Source: a virus | Lineage: Duplodnaviria; Heunggongvirae; Uroviricota; Caudoviricetes | Reading direction: 5' to 3' (one strand) | IMG/VR virus record: IMGVR_UViG_3300027985_001053 | Length of the DNA: 64,000 nt | Part shown: one piece after another, positions 27,444 through 37,625 of the stretch | Layout: each line of letters opens with the position of its first letter | Position numbering within the stretch: position 1 is the first letter of the stretch | Program-made: the position numbers and the translations under genes | The notes under the pieces: model-generated | The model's database searches: none | What the model saw: only the letters and a program-made list of their open reading frames with translations | Told to the model about the DNA's origin: nothing

Positions 27444-29165
27444 ATGGAATATACTTTAGAAGAATTAAATAGAATGATGAAAGATAATGATGGAAACTTA
27501 GATTTAAGACATACTAAAATTACATCACTGCCTAAAGGATTAACAGTTGGAGGTAACTTATATTTAAGAAATACTCAAATTACCTCGTTACCAGGAGATT
27601 TAATTGTTGGAGGAGACTTAGATTTAAGTTATACTCCAATCACATCGTTACCAGGAGATTTAATTGTTGGAGGAGACTTAGATTTAAGTTATACTCCAAT
27701 CACATCGTTACCAGACGATTTAATTGTTGGAGGAGACTTAGATTTAAGTTATACTCCAATCACATCGTTACCAGACGATTTAATTGTTGGAGGTAGCTTA
27801 TATTTAAGCAATACTCAAATTAAATTATTACCAAAAGGATTGAAGGTTGGAGGTGGGGTAGATTTAAGATATGCTCCGATTAAATCATTACCAGAAGACT
27901 TATCTGTTGGAAGTAGCTTAGATTTAAGTCGTACTCAAATTAAATCATTACCAGAAGGGTTAAAGGTTGGAGGTTGGTTAGATTTAAGATATGCTCCAAT
28001 TAAATCGTTACCAGAAGAGTTAATGGTGAAAGGTAGTTTATATTTAGAAAATACTCAAGTTACCTCGTTACCAGAAGGGTTCATGGTTAGAGGTAGCTTA
28101 TATTTAAGTCATACTCAAATCACATCGTTACCAAAAGGGTTAACGGTTGGAGGAGACATAGATTTAAGATATGCTCCAATTACATCGTTACCAGAAGGGT
28201 TAACCGTTGGTGGTAATTTAGACTTAGAAGGTACTAAAATTACCTCGTTACCAGAAGGGTTAACTGTTGGAGGTTGGCTAGATTTAAGTCATACTCAAAT
28301 CACATCGTTACCAAAAGGGTTAACGGTTGGAGGAGACATAGATTTAAGCGTTACTCCGATTACAACACTACCAGAAAGGTTAACGGTTGGAAGAAATCTA
28401 GATTTTAGATATACTAAAATTACCTCGTTACCAGAAGGGTTAACTGTTGGAGGTTGGCTAGATTTAAGAAATACTCAAATTACATCATTGCCTAAAAGGT
28501 TAACTGTTGGAGGATATTTAGATTTAAGTTCTACTCAAATTACATCGTTACCTGAAGGATTAACCGTTGGAGGTAACTTATATTTAGAAGGTACTAAAAT
28601 CACATCGTTACCGAAAGGGTTAACGGTTGGAGGATATTTAGCTTTAAGTAATACTCCAATTAAATCGTTATCAATAGATTTAAAAGTTGGAGGTACCATA
28701 TTTAGCGATTTACCTAAAAATAAAGTCAAATATACAAAACTTCAACAAGGTGACTATAGTGAAGCTGACTATCTGTATGCAGATGGAATCTTAACTCATA
28801 TTAAAGCTAAAAAATATTTTGATAAATATACATATTTTATTGGAGAATTTAAAGATAAAAATGTACTTTATGATGGAACTTATTATGTTCACTGTAAAAA
28901 CATTAAGCAAGGAATTGAGGATCTTAACTTCAAACATGCTAAAGATAGAGGGTCTGATCACTACAAAAATCTAAAATTATCCAGTATTCTATCTTTTGAA
29001 GAATCTAAAACGATGTACAGGATTTTAACCGGTGCGTGTAGACAAGGTACTGAAAGTTTTATTGAAAATTTGAAAATAATAAAAGAACAGTATACCATCC
29101 AAGAATTAATAGATCTAACTGTTAATCAATACGGTTATGAAACTTTTAAGAAGTTTTTTAGTTAA
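27444..29165 (+). CDS. LRR-family protein, long form (20 consecutive 20-residue repeats plus C-terminal domain)
   Basis: repeat consensus LDLxxTxITSLPEGLTVGGx; C-terminal domain shared with the 19645 and 22097 genes. Confidence 0.65.
   Translation: MEYTLEELNRMMKDNDGNLDLRHTKITSLPKGLTVGGNLYLRNTQITSLPGDLIVGGDLDLSYTPITSLPGDLIVGGDLDLSYTPITSLPDDLIVGGDLDLSYTPITSLPDDLIVGGSLYLSNTQIKLLPKGLKVGGGVDLRYAPIKSLPEDLSVGSSLDLSRTQIKSLPEGLKVGGWLDLRYAPIKSLPEELMVKGSLYLENTQVTSLPEGFMVRGSLYLSHTQITSLPKGLTVGGDIDLRYAPITSLPEGLTVGGNLDLEGTKITSLPEGLTVGGWLDLSHTQITSLPKGLTVGGDIDLSVTPITTLPERLTVGRNLDFRYTKITSLPEGLTVGGWLDLRNTQITSLPKRLTVGGYLDLSSTQITSLPEGLTVGGNLYLEGTKITSLPKGLTVGGYLALSNTPIKSLSIDLKVGGTIFSDLPKNKVKYTKLQQGDYSEADYLYADGILTHIKAKKYFDKYTYFIGEFKDKNVLYDGTYYVHCKNIKQGIEDLNFKHAKDRGSDHYKNLKLSSILSFEESKTMYRILTGACRQGTESFIENLKIIKEQYTIQELIDLTVNQYGYETFKKFFS
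27591..27770 (+). repeat. three perfect or near-perfect tandem 60-bp DNA repeats inside the LRR gene
   Basis: ccaggagatttaattgttggaggagacttagatttaagttatactccaatcacatcgtta, three copies. Confidence 0.85.
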
Positions 29166-29200
29166 CCCTAGGAAGTTATATGCAATAAAGAGGAGAAAAC

Positions 29201-29503
29201 ATGAAAATATGTACACTGTGCGAGTATGAAATAGAGGAATCATCTGATAGCTGCCTAAAGAAAGGTAAATGTCCGGTGTGTGGATCTGAGGAACTTGTAG
29301 GTACAGAAGATTTATTCGATGTTAATAAAGGAATAAACTTTATCTGTTCAAAAGCAAGTAATAAAGATGATAGATTGCAGCTTATTAAAACTTTACTTAA
29401 AGGACTTTCTATCACTAAGAAAACGGAGATAGTTCAAGGAAATTGCTTTGAAGGGTTCACATCAATGTATGATAAACATATTATTTTAAAGGAATTTTGT
29501 TGA
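29201..29503 (+). CDS. zinc-ribbon protein
   Basis: CTLCEYE...CPVCGSEE. Confidence 0.4.
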   Translation: MKICTLCEYEIEESSDSCLKKGKCPVCGSEELVGTEDLFDVNKGINFICSKASNKDDRLQLIKTLLKGLSITKKTEIVQGNCFEGFTSMYDKHIILKEFC

Positions 29504-29549
29504 CACTAATACCTATTAATGGTAATATTTAATAGTTGAAGGAGAAAAT

Positions 29550-30236
29550 ATGGAAAAATTTTTAAACAAACATAATGTTGATGCAGATGTAGATTGTATA
29601 GCTGAAGGAGTTTACTCTGTTAGAGTAAATAATAAAGACCTGGACCTAGTAGATGTAGAAAATTGTTTGCGAGAGCAACCCGATAAAGTTTACTTAGACT
29701 ATTCATTGCTTGCAAAACAAGAGATTCAAAAAACTTATGCAAGAATAATTGAAAGAGTTCAAGATGTTGAGATAGGTAAAACTTTAGAGGTTGAAAAGTT
29801 CAGTATCTTTAAAAAAGATGATAATCTTTTTGAAATTAAAACTAAGAATATTAAAACCCCAAGACTGTCATCTATAAATAACTTACCTTATGCACTTCAC
29901 GAGCTTCATTTACAGGCTTTGAGAGATAAAATAGTTCTTTTCCCTGGAACCGAGGGAAATGATGTAGATAGAACAGCATTCGCTTTTAGCGAAGTATATG
30001 CTAATCTGAAAAAACTTGTAAGACATCATCTTAGAATAGGAACCAGCAATGCTGAGTATGACTTACTCTCTGATCTATTGTATGTTGCTACAGGTTATGA
30101 AGAAGAGGATGAAGCTCTAATGTTATTTAATCTATATTTGGACAGAATACTAAATGAAGCGGATGAGCTAATGTCACCTGTTTTGAAAACTGTTTTAGTA
30201 AAGTTTATTAATAAAATATTTAGGAGTGCTGAATGA
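29550..30236 (+). CDS. hypothetical protein
   Basis: 228 aa; RBS gaaggagaa. Confidence 0.45.
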   Translation: MEKFLNKHNVDADVDCIAEGVYSVRVNNKDLDLVDVENCLREQPDKVYLDYSLLAKQEIQKTYARIIERVQDVEIGKTLEVEKFSIFKKDDNLFEIKTKNIKTPRLSSINNLPYALHELHLQALRDKIVLFPGTEGNDVDRTAFAFSEVYANLKKLVRHHLRIGTSNAEYDLLSDLLYVATGYEEEDEALMLFNLYLDRILNEADELMSPVLKTVLVKFINKIFRSAE

Positions 30237-30601
30237 AAGTATATATTAACGAATATGGTCTAAGTTATTTACCTCTACATAGAGTATATGATGCTAAAGC
30301 TAAAAGACTTGTTCATGTAGATGAAAATCTTATAGATGATTTAATAAGTAGGTACGATATTCCAGCAAAAAAGAGATTTGGATTGTACCAGTTATCTAAA
30401 CAAGATTTTAATATTTGGGGTGCATTTTTTAATGGACTTCAACAGGTAGAGCTTATCAAAGCTGCCTTAGTATATCTTACAAAAGATGAAGAGGAAATTT
30501 TTAACGAAGCGTTTGACTGGGTAGATACTTTGGAAATACCTATGAGATGTTTAGAAAGATTGGAACAAATAAGAGGAGAAAGAAATGGAAAAATTAACTG
30601 A
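30233..30601 (+). CDS. hypothetical protein
   Basis: 122 aa, translationally coupled (ATGA). Confidence 0.45.
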   Translation: MKVYINEYGLSYLPLHRVYDAKAKRLVHVDENLIDDLISRYDIPAKKRFGLYQLSKQDFNIWGAFFNGLQQVELIKAALVYLTKDEEEIFNEAFDWVDTLEIPMRCLERLEQIRGERNGKIN

Positions 30602-31112
30602 AATAGAAAAAGTAAAGGATTTAGTATATCAAGGAAAATCTCAAAAAGAAATTGCTGAGATTTTAGGTAAAAGTCAAGTATTTATTGGAACATGTATATC
30701 AAGACTTAGAAAGTCTAAAAACTTTAATATACATTTTGCTCATGGCAGACATGTAAATAAAGGAAGACTAGAACTTGTAAGATTTTTTCACAAGTTTAAT
30801 ATGCTTCATGGATTTTTTCCTAAACAAGCTTGGGTGGCAAAACTTTGGGGAGTAAGTAGACAGGCTATTAACCAAGCGAACCCGAACAAAGGGGAGGAAA
30901 TAGGAAAGTTTGTTAGACTATCTGGGCCAGTATATATCTCAGACAGTTTTAATAAGTTTATACAAGATTACGCTGAGCTTTTTGGTTTTTCATGGGCAGA
31001 AGCTCTTAAAAGTTTTACACACAATGTAGATTTCTCAAAAATAAACTTTGAAGATTTAAAAAATTCTATGATTGAAAAAACTGAAAACGAGCTTGATCAA
31101 GATTTAAAATAA
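30585..31112 (+). CDS. HTH DNA-binding protein (sigma region-4-like helix-turn-helix)
   Basis: SQKEIAEILGKSQVFIGTCISRLRK. Confidence 0.4.
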   Translation: MEKLTEIEKVKDLVYQGKSQKEIAEILGKSQVFIGTCISRLRKSKNFNIHFAHGRHVNKGRLELVRFFHKFNMLHGFFPKQAWVAKLWGVSRQAINQANPNKGEEIGKFVRLSGPVYISDSFNKFIQDYAELFGFSWAEALKSFTHNVDFSKINFEDLKNSMIEKTENELDQDLK

Positions 31113-31132
31113 TTAGGGTATTCCCCCTAATT
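31111..31132. terminator. bidirectional hairpin aattaggg-tattc-ccctaatt between convergent genes
   Basis: 8-bp inverted repeat at the strand switch. Confidence 0.5.
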
Positions 31133-31135
31133 ATT

Positions 31136-31576
31136 TTAAAGATCACCTATAGCTGTTGTATTATTGATACTATCAATATTTTTAATAAACTTAATGGCAA
31201 AAGGTAAATCGTCTAAAGTATCAAGGAAATAAGTGTTATAGCATTTACTGGAGCCGTCTAACAAATCTTTTATAGCCTCAAAGCTTTTAATCTGATGCTT
31301 AGAAAATCCATCTAATTTAAAAAATATAATTGTGTTTTTAGGGGAATAAGCGGAATCAACTAATTCCGCTATTGAGTATACACCTGACATATCCTTTGTA
31401 ATAACAAAAAGATGCGTATCACACATTTCTTTTTCAATATCTTCTATGTTTTTAGCTTCTGGAGTCCAGTCATCTACTACTGGATTGAAAAAGTTAACTT
31501 TTTCTTTAATTAGTACAGGGATAACATCTTTACGATAATCATCCCCTGCTGTAGTTCCACCTAAAAATATTTTCAT
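31136..31576 (-). CDS. nucleoside 2-deoxyribosyltransferase-like protein (tentative)
   Basis: MKIFLGG... N-terminus and size typical of the phage NDT-like family. Confidence 0.35.
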   Translation of the reverse strand: MKIFLGGTTAGDDYRKDVIPVLIKEKVNFFNPVVDDWTPEAKNIEDIEKEMCDTHLFVITKDMSGVYSIAELVDSAYSPKNTIIFFKLDGFSKHQIKSFEAIKDLLDGSSKCYNTYFLDTLDDLPFAIKFIKNIDSINNTTAIGDL

Positions 31577-31750
31577 ACATGTCTCCTTAGATCCGAATTA
31601 GTGATTACAAAATCCGTAAAGGAACCATCATATGCCACAACTAATAGCTTATAGCTATTATTAGTTTCATCATAACTTTTTTCCTCTACAATATCTAGTA
31701 AAGGAAACATCTTCCTAATCTCAACTAAATTAAATCTCATGAAGATATAG

Positions 31751-33496
31751 TTATATTTTGAACTTATTTATTGTCTCATTTAAAGAAGAACTTACAGTAT
31801 TTAAATCCAATAAAGTATCTTCAATAACCTTTACCGAAGTAGTAATTTCATTAGTTCCTATAGCTACCTCTGTCATAGCATTAGCCACCTCTTCAGACTG
31901 AACAGTAGCTTTATCAATATCTTTTACAGAAGCATTTAAATTATCATTTAATGTTTGAATATTCTCGAGTAAAGTATATGACATATCTCTTAAATCTTTT
32001 ATAGCATTAGCTATCTCAGAAGTACTTGCGGAGGTTTCTTGTAAACCATTATCTATCATGTTAAAAGCCTTGGAAGAGTTCTCCGAGGATGTTCGTATTT
32101 CATGGAAAATCTTAGATGACGATTTCTCTGAGGATTCAATAGCATGGATATCGTTCACAATCGTTTTTAAGGTAACTCCTATTGTTTTAGAATTATCTTT
32201 AGAGAAATCTGCCAGCTTCCGTATCTCTTCAGCAACTACAGCAAATCCTTTACCAACATTACCTGCATGAGCCGCTTCTATAGCAGCATTCATAGCTAAT
32301 ATATTAGTTCTTTGCGAAAGTTTAAATAACGTATCTACTATGGAAAATATTGTATCGGCTTTAGCTACTACAGAAGATACTAACCTAGAGTTTTCTTGTA
32401 TCTGTTTTTCTCCCAGGATGACAAGCTCTTTAAGTTTAAGCATCTCTTTAGATTCTTTAGAAACAACTCCTGAAATATCCATAGTAGATGAAAGCATTTC
32501 TCTAGTATTCGCTGAAATCTCATCAATTGCTGAGGAGTTATCTGTAATTAGGTCTACAAGGTTTTTTAAGTTATCGACTACCCCTAAGATACTACTTCTA
32601 GAAGAAATATTTAGATCTTTTAAAGAATGCATTAAAGATTCAACGCCTTTCGCATTTTGAGAGATTTCATAAACTGTTGCAGAAGTTTCAACAGTATTAG
32701 CAGCTAAAACATCTTGGGATGAGATTACATCGTCTACAGAGGAAACAACTTGCTTTACCAATAATTGTAAAGTCTCTATAAACTTATTAACGATACCTAT
32801 CAAGCTTCCTAACTCATCTTTTTTAGAATAAGCTATTCTATGAGCTAAATTAGCATCTACTGATAAAATATTATAGGCTTCGTTAGAAGCTTGGGATAAA
32901 GACTTGGTTGTTTTTGTAGTACTGTATATTATTGTAACCGCTATTACTATAAATGAAATGATTAGTAATACTATTATCGGAAATATAACTGAGTATATTT
33001 CTTTATTACTTTCATCTCTATAGGTTGAATAAACTACATAAGCATCTAAAGGAGCGTAATATCTAAATACAGCATCCTTTATGAAGTAATCGTCGGCACC
33101 TCCTGGTTTAGTATAATAATATGAAAAACTACCTTCTGTCTGCCCAAGCATTAAGCTTAAAATGGACACTTTTTCAACAAGATCTTTAAATACTACATAT
33201 TGTCCTTCTTTAGTTCTATCAATATAAGCTAAAACTTTATGATCTGATGTTAATACAAATGGATAAGAAGAAGAGTCTGTTTCAAAAATAATATCACTAA
33301 AATCTTGTAACGATAGTTTACCTGCATCTACCTTTTTTAAACTTGCAACTACACTGGATAATGTCGATTCACTTATTAGCTTATTATGTTTTGTTAGTGT
33401 AGATTTTACAGAATTATACACAGCTCCTCCTAAGAGAAGGAATCCTAAAAAAATTACAGATAATGTGCTAACTAATAATTTATTTCTAATAGTCAT
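31751..33496 (-). CDS. methyl-accepting chemotaxis protein-like transmembrane chemoreceptor
   Basis: N-terminal TM, about 140-aa periplasmic domain, second TM ([20 protein letters not shown]), then MCP signalling tip [36 protein letters not shown]. Confidence 0.75.
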   Translation of the reverse strand: MTIRNKLLVSTLSVIFLGFLLLGGAVYNSVKSTLTKHNKLISESTLSSVVASLKKVDAGKLSLQDFSDIIFETDSSSYPFVLTSDHKVLAYIDRTKEGQYVVFKDLVEKVSILSLMLGQTEGSFSYYYTKPGGADDYFIKDAVFRYYAPLDAYVVYSTYRDESNKEIYSVIFPIIVLLIISFIVIAVTIIYSTTKTTKSLSQASNEAYNILSVDANLAHRIAYSKKDELGSLIGIVNKFIETLQLLVKQVVSSVDDVISSQDVLAANTVETSATVYEISQNAKGVESLMHSLKDLNISSRSSILGVVDNLKNLVDLITDNSSAIDEISANTREMLSSTMDISGVVSKESKEMLKLKELVILGEKQIQENSRLVSSVVAKADTIFSIVDTLFKLSQRTNILAMNAAIEAAHAGNVGKGFAVVAEEIRKLADFSKDNSKTIGVTLKTIVNDIHAIESSEKSSSKIFHEIRTSSENSSKAFNMIDNGLQETSASTSEIANAIKDLRDMSYTLLENIQTLNDNLNASVKDIDKATVQSEEVANAMTEVAIGTNEITTSVKVIEDTLLDLNTVSSSLNETINKFKI

Positions 33497-33505
33497 AATA
33501 ATCTC

Positions 33506-34369
33506 CTATATAGCCATGGGTGCTTTGATAGCTGGCCATGAATCATAGTTCCTTAAAGTAATATCGGTCATTTTAAAATCAAAGATATTAGTTATCTCTG
33601 GATTTAAAATTACTTGTGGACCAAGCTTAGATTCACGAGTTAATTGCTCCTTAACTTGATCAATATGATTAGAGTAGATATGAGCATCCCCTATCGTATG
33701 TATGAACTCATAAGGTGTATACCCAGTTACTTGAGCTACCATCATAAGAAGCAAAGAATATGATGCAATATTAAAAGGAATTCCTAAAAAGGCGTCTCCT
33801 GATCTTTGGTACAGTTGAAGAGAGAGCTTATTATTAGCTACATAGAATTGAAACATCGTGTGACAAGGAGGTAAAGCCATTGATTCTAGCTCTCCTACAT
33901 TCCAGGCACTAACAATATGTCTTCTGGAATCCGGTGAAGTCTTTATAGAATGGATAACTTGAGAAATCTGATCTATAAACTTATTTTTGGAGGATACCCA
34001 CTGTCTCCATTGTGCTCCATAAACATTACCTAAATTTTTAACAGTATCTGTATTTTCATAACCAAGAGATTTGCCTTGGTTATCAGCATTAGCCGTCCAA
34101 ATAGTAGACTTGCCTACTAAATCTTTTCTATCTTTTCCATAATATATTTCAGCAAGTCTCCGTTCATCGGTAGAACCTTCTAAAAACCAAAGAAGTTCTG
34201 ACACAATGGCCTTCATACCCAATTTTTTAGTAGTTACTAAAGGAAACCTTTTTTCAAGATTAAATCTCATTTGATAACCGAAAGTACTCAAAGTTCCTGT
34301 ACCGGTTCTATCTTCTTTTAATACACCATTATCTATGATGTGCTGCAATAACTCTAAATATTGTGTCAT
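33506..34369 (-). CDS. thyA: thymidylate synthase
   Basis: [35 protein letters not shown]. Confidence 0.9.
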   Translation of the reverse strand: MTQYLELLQHIIDNGVLKEDRTGTGTLSTFGYQMRFNLEKRFPLVTTKKLGMKAIVSELLWFLEGSTDERRLAEIYYGKDRKDLVGKSTIWTANADNQGKSLGYENTDTVKNLGNVYGAQWRQWVSSKNKFIDQISQVIHSIKTSPDSRRHIVSAWNVGELESMALPPCHTMFQFYVANNKLSLQLYQRSGDAFLGIPFNIASYSLLLMMVAQVTGYTPYEFIHTIGDAHIYSNHIDQVKEQLTRESKLGPQVILNPEITNIFDFKMTDITLRNYDSWPAIKAPMAI

Positions 34370-34399
34370 TCTATCTCCTCTTTAATGATATTAAGTACA

Positions 34400-34861
34400 T
34401 TACGCATCTGGAAGGTATTTGTACCTATAAATCTGGTTATTAGCAATTGACTTAGCATAAAGTACTGTTACTAAAGGCATTTCTTCCAGAGGTTTATATG
34501 GTCCTGCATTGTATGCCATAGCTGCTCTTTCAACATCTCCGAACTTCCTAAGCAATGTACTAAAGTAAGCTACCCCTATTTGAATATTTATAAAAGGGTC
34601 TCTTGCATCAAAGTACTGCCTAGAATACCCTAATTCTTTTAATAAGTCTACATCGAAATAAGTAGTTTTAAAGAAATAGAAATATCTACTACTTAATTGC
34701 ATATAACCAATGTCTACATAACCTCTACCATAGTATCTGTCTGGTGAGAAATCATTAAATCCTTTGGCAGTACCCCATCCTGATTCTAAAGCAATCAAGC
34801 TAACTACATCTAAAAGAGGTACTTCATAATGTTTACAGATCGCTCTGGTAAAGTCTCGCAA
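34400..34861 (-). CDS. lytic transglycosylase (SLT domain)
   Basis: IALESGW (catalytic ES), GYMQL, AYNAGPY. Confidence 0.75.
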   Translation of the reverse strand: MRDFTRAICKHYEVPLLDVVSLIALESGWGTAKGFNDFSPDRYYGRGYVDIGYMQLSSRYFYFFKTTYFDVDLLKELGYSRQYFDARDPFINIQIGVAYFSTLLRKFGDVERAAMAYNAGPYKPLEEMPLVTVLYAKSIANNQIYRYKYLPDA

Positions 34862-35081
34862 TTCTAAAGATACCTTGAACTCATCGAAGAAAGAATCTTC
34901 TAAAGAAAGATACTTGAGTTGAGGTAAATCCTCTTTAAAAGTGATCTTAGATTCTTCTAGAATAAATATATCTTCTGTTGAAACGGGATTCTGATTGAAA
35001 GTGTTTAATAAATCATACTTTAAGTTTCTACTACTCGAGCTCAGTAAAATAACTGAAATGGCTCCTAGAGTAATTTTTGAA

Positions 35082-35732
35082 TTAATCTTGAAAATAATAC
35101 TTTAACTCCTTATTACTAGCGATTAAATTAAAAGCTCTTTTACGAATGGCATCCATCTGGTTCCAAACCTGTGCTCGACTAACTCCAGTACTACGCCCTA
35201 TTTCATCGTAAGTATAACCTTCTAAAACTTTAGATAAAATAGTTGATTGCTTCTGTGTAATAATACCATTAAGAAGATTATAAAGATTAGTTTCCATATA
35301 TTTCTTTTCATTATGTAGAATCTCTTCAACATGAGACATATAATGGCTGGGGATTTCACAAGCGGTATATTCAGATTCAGAATATACCTCTCTAGAGAAA
35401 AGTTCTTTGGTATGAGTAACTCTTTTAGCTCCTCGAGTTTTATTAAAAGACTCAGGACAATGATTGTAGGAAGTAAGTTCTTCCATCTTATAGGCAGATA
35501 AATGAAAAGAATAGCTGTACTCGTAAGACTTGTGACGTATATATCGTCGTAGAGCCTCATACAACGATCTTTTGCTGGAAGTAGTACCTTCTATATACTT
35601 ATGCTCTGAAATCAGTTCTATGAGCTTATTTACCCCATCCTGAAAGAGATCTTCTCGTACATCAGGGGATATAGTCTTGTACCTAGATAAAATCTTATAG
35701 ATATAAGGTACATATTTATCAAAAAGTGTCAT
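35082..35732 (-). CDS. sigma-70 family RNA polymerase sigma factor
   Basis: region 2 EDLFQDGVNKLIE; region 4 HTH LSKVLEGYTYDEIGRSTGVSRAQVWNQMDAIRKRAF. Confidence 0.6.
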   Translation of the reverse strand: MTLFDKYVPYIYKILSRYKTISPDVREDLFQDGVNKLIELISEHKYIEGTTSSKRSLYEALRRYIRHKSYEYSYSFHLSAYKMEELTSYNHCPESFNKTRGAKRVTHTKELFSREVYSESEYTACEIPSHYMSHVEEILHNEKKYMETNLYNLLNGIITQKQSTILSKVLEGYTYDEIGRSTGVSRAQVWNQMDAIRKRAFNLIASNKELKYYFQD

Positions 35733-35792
35733 GAAGGAATACTACTAAAAGTAGATATTAAAGTCAATTGAAATTTAAAAAGACCTAATTTC

Positions 35793-36110
35793 TTAGGTCT
35801 TGTACACATTACTATCAAACGGAATCTTTTTAAACTCGCTAGACGCTATCATCATTTTTAGCGTATAAACGGTTATAAACTCATCTCGCTGATTATCATA
35901 TAATAGAAAAAGGTCTTTATCTTGGTACTTTAAATACCACCAACTTTTTAGATTAGACTCTTTTCTAACAAACTGTCCTTTTAACTTGAACTCTTCAAGA
36001 AGATCTCGTAAGCCAAATCTATTTAACCGGATATTAAATCTCGCATTCAATCTCTTTTTAAAATGCTTACGAAGATCATAGAGCTTACTTTTAGAGTAGC
36101 CCTGTTTCAT
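35793..36110 (-). CDS. hypothetical basic protein
   Basis: 105 aa ORF. Confidence 0.4.
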   Translation of the reverse strand: MKQGYSKSKLYDLRKHFKKRLNARFNIRLNRFGLRDLLEEFKLKGQFVRKESNLKSWWYLKYQDKDLFLLYDNQRDEFITVYTLKMMIASSEFKKIPFDSNVYKT

Positions 36111-36112
36111 TT

Positions 36113-36517
36113 TTAGAAGGTTCCGTTTTTAAGTTTTTCTAAGGATACTCCTGATAAATAACTTGGGATAGGACGCCCATTAGGTAAGGTCTTCACTTCT
36201 GGAAGAGGTTTTTTCTCTCGTCCAGGCTTCCCTGAAAATCTAGTGACTCGTTTCGGTTCTTTATCTAAAGAAACTTTCTTCTCGTCCAACGGTTTTGGAG
36301 CTTCTACCTTTTCTGATTCAGGAGCTTCTTCTTTAGTAGAAGGTTGCTCTTGATTATCAGGTTCTACAGTAGATTGTTCAGGAACTTCTTTCTTGTCTGG
36401 TTTTGGAGCTTCTACCTTGTCTGGTGCAGGAGCGTCTTTCTTGTCTTTTGATACTTGAGGTTTATCAATTATTTCTTCTTTAGTATCCGCAGGTTTTGTA
36501 GTTTTTTCTTTAGCCAT
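36113..36517 (-). CDS. Lys/Glu/Pro-rich repeat protein
   Basis: repeated (K)VEAPKP units. Confidence 0.4.
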   Translation of the reverse strand: MAKEKTTKPADTKEEIIDKPQVSKDKKDAPAPDKVEAPKPDKKEVPEQSTVEPDNQEQPSTKEEAPESEKVEAPKPLDEKKVSLDKEPKRVTRFSGKPGREKKPLPEVKTLPNGRPIPSYLSGVSLEKLKNGTF

Positions 36518-36527
36518 ATTTCCTCTC

Positions 36528-36809
36528 TTATTTTTTAATACTATCTAAAATAGATATAACTTGTTTCTCTTTTGCTAGGACTACTTTTGTAGAAGTACCT
36601 ATCAATTCTATAATTTTCCTAAAAGCAACATGGATAAAATCATCTCTTGTCACATAGGGAAACTCTCCGGAAAAAGTTTCTTGTTTAGAAAGTCTATCAA
36701 CAATTAAAGTTGCATAAACTTTTCGTCCAATTTTCGCTTTATCAATTAATATCATATTAGGGTTAACTGTTATAGTAAACTCCTTATATGTGAATATTGC
36801 GTCTGCCAT
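36528..36809 (-). CDS. hypothetical protein (baseplate module)
   Basis: 93 aa ORF. Confidence 0.4.
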   Translation of the reverse strand: MADAIFTYKEFTITVNPNMILIDKAKIGRKVYATLIVDRLSKQETFSGEFPYVTRDDFIHVAFRKIIELIGTSTKVVLAKEKQVISILDSIKK

Positions 36810-36854
36810 TATTTACTCCTTACGATTATAGTTAAGGATAAAGTTAAGCTAAAC

Positions 36855-37625
36855 CTAGGGAATCTCAGGGGCAGGCAAATCGAATAAGTTTTGAAGTCTT
36901 AATAAAATTGCAGCCATAGATGCTACAGTTGCTGGGGAAGCAGCTTGAGCTGCCGCAGATCCTGTAGTCGTTAATCCTTGAATATCTTTTACAATTTGTG
37001 AGAGTATATCTGCTAAACTCTCCACAGTATTACTTAGTGTTACTAAACCCGTAGGAGATAGTATAAATTCAGAAGAAGAGTTTTCCATACTAACCTCCCC
37101 GTCGGAACCAAGTACTAAACTTCCTTTAGCGTTTGTAATTTTTACTTCTTTCTCAACTGTAGAAACTTCAATTTCCCCAGTACCTTTAAAATATACATAA
37201 GTTTTAGCATCTTTTAATAGAACACTATCACCGTTAGCTTTGTTACGGAACTCAATATCACCATTATCGTAAAGTTTAATAAATATAGAAGCTTTATCAA
37301 AATCCGATAAACCCGATACATTTGAAAGCTTATCTGTTAAAACATTAAGGTTAAAAGCTTCCGGTAAACTAAAGAAAGGAATGTAATAACATGGGTCAAA
37401 CCTACCATCGTCCTCATATAAAAGCCAAACCTTATCCCCTGGAACACAGGAGTCATAGGTTATATTAGTATCAGAAACATATCCCCCATGAAAAGGAATC
37501 GCAAAAGGTAGCATATCTTCAGATACATCAAAATGCTCTGTTATAGCTCTAATTTTTAACCGCCCCCAAGCTTCAGGGTCTTCTGCCGAAACTATAGTAG
37601 CAACAGTTATCTTTAAATCAATCAT
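36855..37625 (-). CDS. baseplate spike/hub protein (gpV/gp45-like, tentative)
   Basis: N-terminal ATIVSAEDPEAWGRLKIRA resembles the phage V spike OB domain. Confidence 0.4.
   Translation of the reverse strand: MIDLKITVATIVSAEDPEAWGRLKIRAITEHFDVSEDMLPFAIPFHGGYVSDTNITYDSCVPGDKVWLLYEDDGRFDPCYYIPFFSLPEAFNLNVLTDKLSNVSGLSDFDKASIFIKLYDNGDIEFRNKANGDSVLLKDAKTYVYFKGTGEIEVSTVEKEVKITNAKGSLVLGSDGEVSMENSSSEFILSPTGLVTLSNTVESLADILSQIVKDIQGLTTTGSAAAQAASPATVASMAAILLRLQNLFDLPAPEIP

Noticed and set aside
16743-29165. Diversity-generating retroelement acting on the LRR family
   Set aside because: No reverse transcriptase gene and no template/variable repeat pair with adenine-specific differences seen in the window
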